Shown: piece after piece, positions 35,536-47,219 of the stretch
Position numbering within the stretch: position 1 is the stretch's first letter
Layout: every line of letters starts with the position of its first letter
DNA from: Podospora anserina
Lineage: Eukaryota
Direction: 5' to 3'
DNA: 64,000 bases
Assembly: GCA_017654855.1 (NCBI GenBank)
Contig: CM030337.1
Span: 3,162,001-3,226,000 of the forward strand
Made by a program: the position numbers and the translations under genes
The notes under the pieces: model-generated
Databases searched by the model: none
What the model was told of the DNA's origin: nothing
What the model saw: only the letters and a program-made list of their open reading frames with translations

Positions 35536-36330
35536 ATGGCGGACATCTCCATCCGCAAATGGATCCGCTGGGAGTCTCACTCCCCCACACCACCAACGTC
35601 CACCATCGTGCTCACCTCCCCCCAACGTCGTTTTGTCGATATCAGAGTCCTCCTCCCGCTTCCTACCCCTCCAGACTCTGAATTGCCGCTAGAGCAGCTA
35701 GAGTGGGCTATCGCAGGCACGTCGACTTCTTCCCCGGTTTTGAACCCCAAGACGAAAGAAGTGGAGTATTCGCATTGTGTTTGGAGTCACTGGATTGATT
35801 CACGGGTCAATAACAGGGATGCTGGGGCTGACGAGGGAGATAATTACCCTGTGGAGGGACACCCCGAGTTGACGCTGGAAAGGGGGAGGATGGTGAACCC
35901 CGCTAGTGGGAGGGTGGAGGGGTACGAGGAGATGTGGGTGGCTGGGGAAGTGAGGGCGGTGGAGGGAGTGGGGTGTGTTGTTTTGGAGTATGATGCTGAT
36001 TTGAAGGGGGAGGAGGGGTGGGCTCGAGGGGAGAGGGGAAAACAAGGGGAAGACGAAAGGGTGGGGAGGGGGATGGTGGTTCGGTTGGGGGGGTATGTAC
36101 AGGGTTTTTTGAGGGATGGGGGGGATGTGAGGGTTGAGAGGTGGGTTTGGGAGGGGGAAAGAGGAAAGTGGGAAAAGAGGGTTAGGATTGGGAGTGGGGG
36201 GTTGAAGGGGGGGGAGGGGGTGATTCCGGTTGAGTTTGTTACTGAGGTTGGGGGGCAGATGGAGGTTGGGGATGAGGTTATGGGTGTGGGTGGAAGGAGG
36301 TGGAGGGTTGTTGAGAAGAGTTTGGTTTAA
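35536..36330 (+). CDS. HRI1: HRI1 family protein
   Basis: SIRKWIRW, TSTIVLTSP.RRFVDIR, LEWAIAG, WSHWIDSR, DEGD, TLERGRMVNP..G....YEEMW. Confidence 0.88.
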   Translation: MADISIRKWIRWESHSPTPPTSTIVLTSPQRRFVDIRVLLPLPTPPDSELPLEQLEWAIAGTSTSSPVLNPKTKEVEYSHCVWSHWIDSRVNNRDAGADEGDNYPVEGHPELTLERGRMVNPASGRVEGYEEMWVAGEVRAVEGVGCVVLEYDADLKGEEGWARGERGKQGEDERVGRGMVVRLGGYVQGFLRDGGDVRVERWVWEGERGKWEKRVRIGSGGLKGGEGVIPVEFVTEVGGQMEVGDEVMGVGGRRWRVVEKSLV

Positions 36331-36847
36331 GAGGTGGAATGTGGTGCTACACGACAGTCTTGAATTTGAGTGTCTATAATTGTCGAAAGTGGCTTCTTGG
36401 CTTGAGGCATGGCCGCTCTGCCGCAGCCGTGCCATCACGGGCCGCTCTAAGGCTGAAGTCTAAACCCCCCGTAGCTGATCCTTGGCGGTCAGATTGGGAA
36501 GTCTTGCCTAAGCCGTGTTGAAGTCTTGGATGGAGTCCTAGTTGCGATCTGACTGTCAAACACCGATGAGTCAGCACTGGCGTCGCACGCCCAATGGATG
36601 GCCGGTTTCAAAATGTAGGTGGCTGACAATATTGGACTGACGGAGAAGCCATACAACGTCAAAAGCTTCAAAATGTCCATAAAGCTGCCTATAAAGCCAG
36701 AAAATATGAACTTTTGATCATCACATTCCATCCATTCATTCTCTTTCAGGTTATCATCCACAAGAACCAACGCTGAATCTGGCATTCGGCTTCCTCTCTT
36801 TACTTCGATCTTTTTGTTAACGGCGCCATTAATCTATTCAACTCAAA

Positions 36848-37549
36848 ATGAACCCTTACCAGCAGCAGCAACAGCAGCCCATCCCTTACAGCAATTTCGG
36901 CACCACTGGCGGTCACGTAGCCTCCTACAATACCGGAAGACACGCCCAAGCTAACCCAGGAACGCAAAGCTTCAGCGGCTATGGCAATGGCGTTGCCTAC
37001 GCCCAGCCCATCCCTCATGCCTCCCAGGCCGCCTTGACCTCCCACTTTGCAGACAGCGCCCGCACCCAAGTCAACTACGCCCGTACCCACAACGGCCGTC
37101 CAGGCTCATCCGCCGAACGTGAACAATACCAAAACATCCCCTCCAACATCCAAATGCCCGGTGCAGCAGCCACCTACGTCGCCCCCGGAACAGTCTACGG
37201 CGGGCCTGGGAACTCTGACCCGAGACATGGAAATGTCATGTATGCTTCTACCTCGCTGAAGGGCAACCCCCCAGGACCGACACGGAACAATCACGCACGC
37301 GTGGCGCCTGCGTTGAACGGTGCTGTTCCGGCAAACCATGACAAGAAAAAGAAGTGTGCCGAGCCGGCGGTGTTTAGCAACTATGCATATGACCACAGGG
37401 GAACACAGGCGCAGAACATGGGTGGGAGTGTCTATCCGATTACTACGAATGGCAACACTTACTTGCCGCCTTGTGGGCATGCCAACCCGAATGTCAAGCC
37501 TGGTTGTAGGCATTGTGTGGCTGCTATTGGGGCCACTTCTCGATCTTAA
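36848..37549 (+). CDS. Hypothetical low-complexity Q/N/G/Y-rich protein with C-terminal C/H cluster
   Basis: 233-aa ATG ORF in good context (CAAAATG); ends PCGH..PGCRHC. Confidence 0.6.
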   Translation: MNPYQQQQQQPIPYSNFGTTGGHVASYNTGRHAQANPGTQSFSGYGNGVAYAQPIPHASQAALTSHFADSARTQVNYARTHNGRPGSSAEREQYQNIPSNIQMPGAAATYVAPGTVYGGPGNSDPRHGNVMYASTSLKGNPPGPTRNNHARVAPALNGAVPANHDKKKKCAEPAVFSNYAYDHRGTQAQNMGGSVYPITTNGNTYLPPCGHANPNVKPGCRHCVAAIGATSRS

Positions 37550-38081
37550 GTCTTGAAGAGAGATGTTTGGGGTTGACGGTGTTCGGGGATTTGTTCACAC
37601 TGGAGTTGGGAGCTGAGGGTTAGTGTACTAGGATGAGGGTTGGGGTACTAGATATACGCGCACCTGGGCTTGGTGGTGTTAAACTCAAAAGTCAGGTAAC
37701 CAGCCACGGCGCACAGACAATTTACACACTTTTGGATTTTGCACGCCTGCACAGACCAATATCTTCCATCTATCAATCCATCCAAACCCTCCCAACTTTT
37801 GAAAGTTTTCTTATTTTTTTCCCTCGCCCTCCGGGGCATTCGGTCAATTTGAAACAATACAGAGAAAATTAGCATGGCACCTGGACCAAGGATGACACGC
37901 TACTCAAAGAGACGCTCCCAATTTTTTCATCACGATCGTGGTTATGCTGCGATATGGGGAAGAACTTGCGTTGGAAAGTGGATGCTGTGTTGCTCACGCG
38001 ACCTGACGTTGGTGTTTACCTCCACCGCCCTGTTCTCTATACAAATCTAGATAACCTCAATCTTGACGGTCACTCCCTTCA

Positions 38082-38702
38082 TCACCTTATCTTTATCCAA
38101 CGAAAGCGTGTACACCTTCTTGTCCTCCGCAGTTCCATTCCTCGAAAACACCGTCCCATCCGTCGACTTATCCCCCCCACCTTCGCCTCATCCACCACCC
38201 TGCCACCAATCTTTCCAAACCACCCCATCACCGTTGCGAACCTAAGCAGAAACCAAAAAGCGCACCAGACCAACCCCCACACAAACGCAGTAGCTCTTTC
38301 TTGAAGAAATTTCTCCTTGTCCGTCATTGGCGTCCCATTGTCTTTTAGTACGCTTCCCGTCGGTTTATCAGACCTCGTTAGCGGAGAGACAACATGAATG
38401 TTGTCGGCGAAATGCTCCCAGTCGTTGAGGTAGTAGCGTTCGAGATAGAGGTGGACGACTCAGGGGAGGTCGTTGACGAGGAGCATCACCCAGAGGTAGC
38501 ACTTTAGTAGTGTGACGTCGCGGGAGCGAGGGATGATGAAGGTGAAGAGTGTTTGGAGGAGGGTCAGGCGCTCGACGTGGATTGGTTGGAGGTTGGGGAC
38601 GGAGGAGAAGAGGTCCCTGAGGAAGCAGAGGGGCTCGATGATGCCCCAGAGGAGGTAGGGGATTTTAGGGAGGGCGAGAGGGGGGGTTTGGGTGGGGGTC
38701 AT
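38082..38702 (-). pseudogene. Small membrane protein (DUF7704-like) with in-frame stop
   Basis: LPKIPYLLWGIIEP, DVTLLKCYLWVMLLVND, LLRFATVMG. A single TGA at 38460-38462 separates two ORFs in the same frame. Confidence 0.5.
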
Positions 38703-38974
38703 GGTGTCCTGGCCAATTCTGCTGGGAGAGGTTTTGTTGAAAAGCTGGTAGTAAACTTGGGGAATATGAAGCCGATGTATTCCAAAATGGAGAGTGATAA
38801 AGGGAAAGAGCAAAGCGCCAATGTGAGCAAAAGTGCCGCTACTGACGGACCAGGTCATAGCCTGGCGCCATGCCTCATTGATCAAATATCAGTATTGGAA
38901 GCCACTGCTGAACTTGAACGCTGCTGTATTTCTGAGTCTGAGTATAAAAGGAAGTTTGTACAGAATACTGATGA

Positions 38975-40338
38975 TTAGTGATATCTTTGTTGGTATCCCC
39001 CATTTTGTTGGTATGGGCTGGCAATTGGCGACACGTGATGCCACTCTACGACCTCAGGATCGGGCTGGCTCATGCCGGCCGGCTTCAGGTTGGTGATGCT
39101 GTGGCTTTCAAACGCCATGGGGGAGCTGCCGTAGCTCTCCTCATCAACACGCGTGTCAAGAGCGTCACCATATGACTGCACCATGCGGACAGAGTCTTCC
39201 TGTCCCTTGTATCCCGAGGGCGGGGCTGATCCGCTTGATGGTCCGGACTGTTTATATGGGGCGGGCTTTTTGTTGGAGACGAAGAGCTGGGGAAAGGCTG
39301 TGAGACATGCGACGATAATTGCTGGTGGTCTGGTTAGCATGGGGTGTTTGGTTCTCTAAAAGAGTATAGATCAGCCTACCAATGCAAGTTTCGATATAAC
39401 TCCACAGCCACACATAGCTCGGATCAACCTGACCATTTGCCCAGGTCGCCGAGCTGATGCCAACTACCCTCAGAATGGCAACCAACATTGTGAGAAGTGT
39501 GAGGGAAAATAGTCCAATGACGGCCAGCTTTTTGGCCATCCGAAGTTTGGAGTCCCAGATCAACATGACAGGAATGGACAAAACTGTCATTGTTAGCACC
39601 CGCAAGCCAGACAAGCTTGAGATGAAAACTTACCGGCAGCATCAGACAACACATCCAAGGCACAATTAATCCTGAGCGTTAGGTTGGCATACTGGATAGC
39701 CGGAGGCTCAGTACACTGAGCCATGATATCAAAGCCCTTCGCAACCAAGCATCCCCACTGAGAATCGCCGATGGAGGTAAGCCATGTTGCCACCACAAAT
39801 CCCAGGACCGACCACCAAGCGACTCTGATCTTTGTCATGTGCCAACCAATCCTCCTAAAGAAAAGGAGAAGCGAGAGCTTCACACAAGCCAATGTGCTGT
39901 AAAAGAAGACCTGTTCGACAAAAAAGACCCGCATGGTGATTTCGACATCCTTCATGAACTGTTGCAGGTCTGTTGGAAAGGCCGTCCCCGATCCTACAGC
40001 TAATATAAACCAGAACTTCGGTGCTGCCCATTGCCACAGTGCTGATGCTGCGATAACGAAAACGGTGCCGAATATGAGGACGGTGTCATCCCAGAACAGT
40101 CGACGTGTGGCTCTTAGGCGGGTGTAGAGGCGAACACTGAGAAAGATAGCAGCTATCGAGGCGGCCGTCCAGGAACCTGCCTGTATGCACAAAGAGGCGT
40201 CAGCTATTGTGGAAAGGATTTGGGTATGGAAGCGAGCATAACCGAGCGGCCGTGCAACGTGGGCTGCTTGCTTACCATGAAATTCGTCACAGGGACGGCA
40301 GCTGGTGAGTTGAGCTTCTGGCTCGCTGAGAGTTCCAT
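38975..40338 (-). CDS. Fungal rhodopsin-domain (PTH11-like, no CFEM) integral membrane protein
   Basis: VRLYTR..RRLFWDD, VKLSLLLFFRRI, LDVLSD, KKLAVIGLFSL, WLWSYIETCI; three introns. Confidence 0.88.
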
Positions 40339-41450
40339 GATTTCTGCTGTCCTCGAAGCTTCTGTAGGAACCCAAATTCTCCAGGAAGAATGATCGTCAC
40401 AAGACTGAGATGTTGATCCACTGCTCGCTGCGGCAGAATGAGAAAAGAAGGCAGAGTTCGGAGCTCGGGAACGCGCGGACCAAGGCAAGATATTGCGAGC
40501 AATGGATCGAGCTGAACGGCGCAGGCAAGGAACTAGCAACGATTTGCAGGGAAGAGCAATCTCGTGGTCGCTTCCAGCACCCGACCTACACAGATGGCTG
40601 CGGCAAGGAGGTGGAACGTCCAAAGTCTCGTCCGCCAAAAAATTCCCCGTTGGGGAACTATGCTTCCCCCCCAGATCGGTGCATTGTTGATATGGTGGCA
40701 TTCGGCCGAGATTGAAATGTGCAAGTGTTGTGATGGGGGCTAAAAAAAGGTGATGTTGGCGGCACAGTCTGGCGAGGATGGTGGCACAGCACCTGCATAG
40801 TTCCGACGACCAATGCCCCGGGCCTCATGGAGCATGGAGGAAGCGCCCGTTCAAGAACAGTGCTTCATGTTTCCCCAGCCCGTAAGCACTACACCATGCA
40901 GTTGGGTTGTCCGGACTGGGTTGCAAGATAAAACCGGTTGTTGCCGGTTGTTGGTGAGATAGAAAGCAACACAAAGCTCGGTGCTGGTCTCTCGAGCAAG
41001 AAAATGGGTCAAGCCTTGCGAATTCATCAACTCTCGAATAAAAAGCAAGAAGGTTTCCCATATGTTGGGCGGTATATTTGCTGATTCCGTGGACATGGCC
41101 CCTGGGTTCCTGAGTCTTGTATGCTTGCCACTGCAAACAACCAACATACCACCTACATCATGCCTGTTGGGTGACTCGACACTGAAAAGCATCTCTCACC
41201 GGGACAACTTCCAAACCTCTTGCTCAAAACAAGCCACAAAAACACCCAACGCAAGCGATACGTGCGGTGCCTAAAGCGAAACTCTGCCAACCCAAAAGAA
41301 ACTTCCTCAAGTCCCCACAATGTGCCCGTTGGATACCTCTTGTATAACATTCGGCCTGATCAGAGTACTTTTGATGGCGCTGCACATTTTTGACACATGC
41401 CAGTGCAACTTTTATGGCATATTCCATCAGAGAGATTACTCCTCCTTCGA

Positions 41451-42588
41451 CTAAAAATGCCAATGCAGATCGTCGATTATCCTTTTGAACTGCCAGACTT
41501 CGGGAGGCCATAACGCCATTGGAGCCTTCGTATGGGCCACGTGAAGACTTTTGATTTCATCTGCTTGAAGTCGAGACAGTAAGTTATTCCCGTAACGAAG
41601 ATAGAGATACCTACCGAAGAATGATTCCCTGAAGACATTCGTAATCACGGGATCTTTATTGTCTCTTTTTCTGAGGGCGAGTAACATGGCAGCCGCGGGA
41701 ACGGTAAAGTCGAACTTACCCGAAGTGAATAGTTTGCCCAGCCTGATGGCGAGAAAGGCTTCTTCCCTTTTTACCAATATGTATAAGCCGTGAACATTAC
41801 GATGCATATGATTAAGTGTCAGCGCCTGCCGCAGCGACAGGATGCCCCCATCTTCAACCAGAGACTTCCAGCGCCACTCTTCACCGAGTTCCAGAAGCAA
41901 ATAAAACAAGCCCTAGTCAATGAGTGCACCGAGATCTGTCTGCACACAGGTACCTGAGATTTTCAGGTCACCTTGTGAGCGATATGCCCCAAAGTAATTC
42001 CCACTCTCACTACCGCTGTATCGAATATCATGCAGCCACCTGAGGGATTTGTCTCCTTCGTAGGTCTCGTACTGCTAGAAGTAGTTGAGTAGTTCCAGCT
42101 CGGAAATGAAGGTCGTCGAGGGTAGCTTTGTGGTATCGAGCATCAGAAGTTTGACTTGGTCTCGAAAATCCCGCAAGTGATCGAGGTGTTCCATTCTGTA
42201 CACCGCATACTGCAGCGCGAAGAGAAGCGAGCTGCTCTAGCATATAAAGTTGCAGTCTAATTCACACTGGAAGGTCAAATGGCTCCTCAGAAGTTCGGCG
42301 GTATGTCGAGGGTCGGTGAGCTTGTGTTGGAATTGCTTTCTAGTATGAGGGTAGAACGAGGCGAAGATATCCAGCTGTTGGGACTCCCGTGAAAGTTCCG
42401 TTGTGCAAGGCGGGCGGACGTAGCCGTCAGTTGTTTCTCCGTGGGATTTGGGTGTAAACACGCGAAATAGATATCGTGGAATATGCTCGCTTCAGAAATT
42501 TCGGAAGAAATCGTGTGTTCTTGGTGGAAGAGGGTCGAAGGAATTGGATCTTGTAGCATGGTGTCGCTTTTTCATGGGCCGTCTCCAT
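41451..42588 (-). pseudogene. Broken paralog of the ART-like (DUF7587-like) gene
   Basis: IPRYLFRVFTPKSHGETT, FIC*SSSLLFALQYA, LDTTKLP..TFISELELL, GAYRSQGDL. Three in-frame TAG stops plus an N-terminal frameshift. Confidence 0.85.
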
Positions 42589-43487
42589 GGTGACCTTGTC
42601 TAAGGTGCTCGACTTGTGCGAAGGCCTGCAGTGATTCTTCCTAGGTGTTGAATGAATGGAGAAGAAAAAGAGGTGAGACTGGGGTAAGCCAGGTTGCACT
42701 CAGGTCAATGGAAGAACTTAATGGAAGAACCTTTGGCTTGATATGTGTGGAAGGGAGTGGAAAAGACAAACAAAGCAGCAAACGCAAACGGTGTATCATC
42801 GGCTAGGTGCCTGAATGGCACGTATCTGGTAGCAGGCCACACACTCGGTCCAATAAAGTTGCGTCACGAATACTAATACCTGCGCACTTGGTTGGGCTTA
42901 GACCGGTTGCTGTAAATAAGCTAACAAAAGAAAAAAGCATTGGTCGGTATCGCGCTTCCAGTCCATGTCAACAATCACTAAATCGCTATAAACTATGTTT
43001 TAGCGCCTTTCAACTATCCTTTAACACCCTTTTAACTATCTTTTAAAGCTTTAAATTACCCTTTAAGCATTTTTAACTGTATTTCCACGTCCTTCAACTA
43101 TTCTTGAAGACCTATTAGATATCCCTTAACGCTAAATAATGATCCTTTGAAACATAGTCAAATTCAATATGGATGGGGGGCGTTGGTTAGATAAGGTAAA
43201 CAGAGGGCTTCGTAAAGGCTCTCTCCAAACAAAACAAAACGATATGCTTAATGACCCAATCCATGCCTTCAATTCAGTCTTTCAAAGTCCAACTTCACCC
43301 ATTGCAGTCAATCTGGAAGATTATCAAAATCTCGCCTTCAACCCGGCACAAACTTAGGAAGAGCTATCGGTGCTGGTATGCCTTCGGTTAGTTCATGTTC
43401 GGTCCGTGCTGACATCCCAATGGCCCTTCAATCTGGGGAAGGGCACATGAGAGTGCACATAGGGCAGTGGCAAAGGACAGTGCTTGC

Positions 43488-44949
43488 TTACTCCGAGGGC
43501 AGGTCCAAATGCGCCATTGCGTCCACGATTAGATCGGTGGGCTCGTCGTGCTCCGTGTCATCATCAGAAAACATTCCATCCACATATTCCAAATAGTCAA
43601 AATGTTCTTGGATGTCTTGGATGAGAATCCTGAACTGCGTGACCTCCGGGAGCATCAGCTCGGTGGGAACGTTGGTCTCTACTAGCTGGTAGACATCGAT
43701 GATATCAGCTGATGTAGGAAGTGGAAGTTAGTGTCTTTTTAGAGTCATCATAGCCCGCTCCGAAGAGATTATACTCACCGCGAAACTTTACCTTGAAGAC
43801 GCCGAGAATGACGGGGTCTTGCCGAATTCTTTGTTTGAGGGCAAGAAACATAGCAGCCGCAGGTACTGTGAGGTCCAAGTGACGTGAATGAAACAGTTCG
43901 CCAAGGTGGATGGCCTGGAGAACTTCTTCCGTTGAAGCAGGGTTATCCGAGCTGTGAAGCTTCCCGCGAAGTGAAATTATACCTCCACCGCGGACGAGAT
44001 TCTTCCCCCATCGCCATTGCTCACCGAGCACTGGGACCAAGCGGAATAAGCCACGGTCTTTTAGTGACTCAAGATCCGTCTGCACGCAGGCACCTGCTAT
44101 ATTCAGGTCACCTTGCGAGAGGTACTCCCCGTAATAAAAGCCTTTCTTGTGGCAATCAAGCCGTAGGTTGAGCAACTCCTTCAAGGTCCACGGTTCTTCT
44201 TCCGACTGGCGTTTGTCGGGTCCGTAAGAAGCAAAGAACTTCAGAAGTTCTACTTCGGAAATGAACGTGCGTCGAGGCAACTTGGTGGTGTCGAGCAAGA
44301 GGACTTTTACATCTTTCCAATTGGTCCTAACTCCAGGAGCTACTTTGCCATTGGAGTCGCGACGATGGTCAAAATATGCGCTTCTGCAAAGCGCATAATG
44401 CAGGGAAAAAAGCAGCGAGCTGCTCCAACTGACAAACGGGCAATCTGAGCTAGCGTTTGGCCAACAGGCGAAGTTGAAATGTCTTCTCAGAAGCTTAGCA
44501 GCAACTGACGGATTGGTAATCCGGTCGGGATAGCGATGTGCAATGTCAGGATGGAACGAAGCGAAAATATCTAGACACTGGGGTTCCGGGTGCCCTGGGG
44601 CCGTTGTAGACAGTGGGCGAACGTGCGAGGTAGTGGTCTCGCCGCATGACTTTGGTGTGTATACACGGAAGAGATATCGGGGAATGTCGTTGCTCCGGAA
44701 GTATTGCAGATGGTCGTTTGGGATTGGAGCGCGTGGTGGATAAAATGGAAGACGCTTCTGAAGTGAGGGGATTGATTGGGGTTCCGATACGGGTTCAGAG
44801 TCCGATTGTAGCACGGCGGCTTGCACTCTCTCTGAAGTGTTGGTCGTTGAATGTAATGGCAGAGACTCTTCGACTGAGGGGCCGGATCCAGGTTCGGAGT
44901 CCGAGTCCGAGTCGGACATCAATGTCACTATTCTTCTAATGCTGCTCAT
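43488..44949 (-). CDS. DUF7587-like protein, putative R-S-E ADP-ribosyltransferase fold
   Basis: PRYLFRVY, PFVSWSSSLLFSLHYA, YGEYLSQG. Intron 43709-43778; acidic C-terminal exon ending LDLPSE*. Confidence 0.8.
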
Positions 44950-45028
44950 TGTCGCGAATTTGGGTGAACCGAAGGATGAAAGTCGGCAAAAGTCAAAGGG
45001 TGAGTTCGATTCTCTTATACACAAAACG

Positions 45029-45372
45029 TGTCACACGGTAAAGGCCAACCTCCAGAGGCCACGACCAACAACAACGCCAAATATCATCTTAAGGAGGGGG
45101 AGCTGCACGTCGTGAGCCTCTCGTCAAGAGTAAGGCAGACAATCAGAGGCAAGGCGGGTATCAAAGGAATCCTATTGGCCCAGAGAGATATTGAAGGACT
45201 TGGCAGAGGCGTGAGGCACGAAGGCACAGACCATTTGACTGGAAATAAATACGCGTTCAAGATCACTGTATTACTCTGAGTTTTTCTTCATCATGGACTT
45301 CGAGGCCATTGAAGATTATTAGCCTGAATTGAACCATGAGTTCCAAGCTCTGATATTACAGCCCTTGTCACA
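45029..45372 (+). mobile_element. Solo LTR, family A (344 bp) with 5-bp target-site duplication AAACG
   Basis: TGTCACACGG...CCCTTGTCACA; AAACG at 45024-45028 and 45373-45377; homologous to 32925-33274. Confidence 0.9.
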
Positions 45373-45835
45373 AAACGAGAGGGCAAGCCTGGAACACGGC
45401 AGCAATTGCTTCAGTTCGGGCTCAAGCATTAGTACCCGACGATGAGGCTGTAGTTGACACTCTCCCAGATACTCGAGCCAATTACGATCGAAGCCTCCAT
45501 GTTGTGCAAGGTGGCACATGCAAGACAGCATCCTTACCTATCCAGAGAGCAGGAGTTATCCATGTATCTGACTTCAGTCTAGCTAGAACTGCAAGACGAC
45601 TTACGGCGTCGGAGTGAGGCCCATATGATGCTGGATTGTCCCTTCCCGTTATTATCTGGAATGTACACGGATTTGGGTTGTTCCGCCTGCTCGAAAGCCT
45701 GACCAGCAACTGCCTATCAGCGTTGTCAAGCACCGCCACAACGTTTTGCTCTCCAGCGAATAGTAGTCCCAGACCGCGATTATCATTGCGGCCCATCGCA
45801 TATAACCCCGCATATGGTTTCTGCGTGGGACGTCC

Positions 45836-46972
45836 ATGGCCTCGACCTCCTCACTCGATAGACAGACCCATCCCAACTTGACCGCCACCATGTCGTCACC
45901 CGATGATACAAACGACACGCTATCCTTAGTGTCATCATTCTACGGCCCTGGAAACATCAGCTGCTGGCTACTCACCATCGCTGCCGTGCTCGTGACATGG
46001 ACGCTCAACCCGAGATCCCGCCAACAGGACACTATCACCCTGGACTTCATGGCCGCCCTCGCGATTCCATCAATCGCAGCCGGGCATTTGTTCTACCTTG
46101 TTTTCTCCCGTCAAAGCCATGATGAGCTAGGCGAGGAAGCACCATCTATCGACGGCGCCAATTTATTTACAAGCTCGTCACAAACAGCCATCCGGTATGC
46201 TGCCGCAGTAGAAGCGCCGCTCAATGTGTGTGAAACCTTCTCCAGTGTGGCTCTTACGATGTTTGTAATAGCGGCATGGAACGGGGGACCTCGCAGAGCT
46301 TTCGCTGTGGTGGTTGCCGGCCTATTGGCGTTTTCGACCGAGATCAGTCTCTTCATTCAGACTGCTGGCATCGAAGCAGCCACGTCGAATCTTGGCCGCC
46401 CATTCTTGTTCAACTCTCTCGTGACAATGGTCGTAATCCTTGTCATGTTGACCTTCTTCCTCGCGGTGCTGCTGATAATCGGAATCATGGCTGTCGACTT
46501 TAGACTCCGGAGACTTGTTGCTATTAGCGACGCAACCCGTACAGAAATGGAACAGACATTGAGCCTGAAGATAGCAAACGCACAACGAGTAGAGAGGCTC
46601 ACGATGTGGCTTGCGATTATTCCTTCAGCAGTGTTTGCGCCGAGTGGCTTATTGGTCGCAATACTATCAGCCACCGGATGGCTTGAGGAGACAACATACA
46701 TCGCTGATGAGCATGGAAAAACGAGGTTGTTATTCTTCATACCAAGAAGCATGGCCACTATTACCGAGTTGGACCAGGCGGTTTCCTTGGCTATAGGTAT
46801 CTTGACGCTTTGCTTCAGCCTTTGGGATGCACTGAGGGTGAAATGGCAAGCTGACATAGAGAAACGGGGGTTAATCGATGAGGATCTAGCGAGTGATCAA
46901 GGCCTGACTGTCAGGAGCATACTCATGAGTAGCGCGGCAGGAAGACAGCTTTTAGAAAGAAACATGATGTAG
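45836..46972 (+). CDS. Polytopic membrane protein of unknown function
   Basis: 378-aa ORF with about 7-8 hydrophobic segments; SSFYGPG..CW, AVEAPL.VC, PRS..ITELDQAVSL. Alternative start at 45890. Confidence 0.8.
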   Translation: MASTSSLDRQTHPNLTATMSSPDDTNDTLSLVSSFYGPGNISCWLLTIAAVLVTWTLNPRSRQQDTITLDFMAALAIPSIAAGHLFYLVFSRQSHDELGEEAPSIDGANLFTSSSQTAIRYAAAVEAPLNVCETFSSVALTMFVIAAWNGGPRRAFAVVVAGLLAFSTEISLFIQTAGIEAATSNLGRPFLFNSLVTMVVILVMLTFFLAVLLIIGIMAVDFRLRRLVAISDATRTEMEQTLSLKIANAQRVERLTMWLAIIPSAVFAPSGLLVAILSATGWLEETTYIADEHGKTRLLFFIPRSMATITELDQAVSLAIGILTLCFSLWDALRVKWQADIEKRGLIDEDLASDQGLTVRSILMSSAAGRQLLERNMM

Positions 46973-47219
46973 AAATGAGACATCTCGCCCGCCCCAATAT
47001 GCCCAACATAGGTGCCTTCTGCCTCCTGGAAAGCCTGAACAGTGGTTGTCCTATCACAGAGTGCGATGACCGCCGCCGCATGGTTCTCGCCCACAAAAAC
47101 CAATCCCAGGCCATAACATTATCGTAAAGACACCAAGCCCAAGCTGATATAAACCCCACCATCACCTGCTTTTGCCCATCTTGTCACCGTACCCTTTCTA
47201 AGTCTAAACTCACCATACG

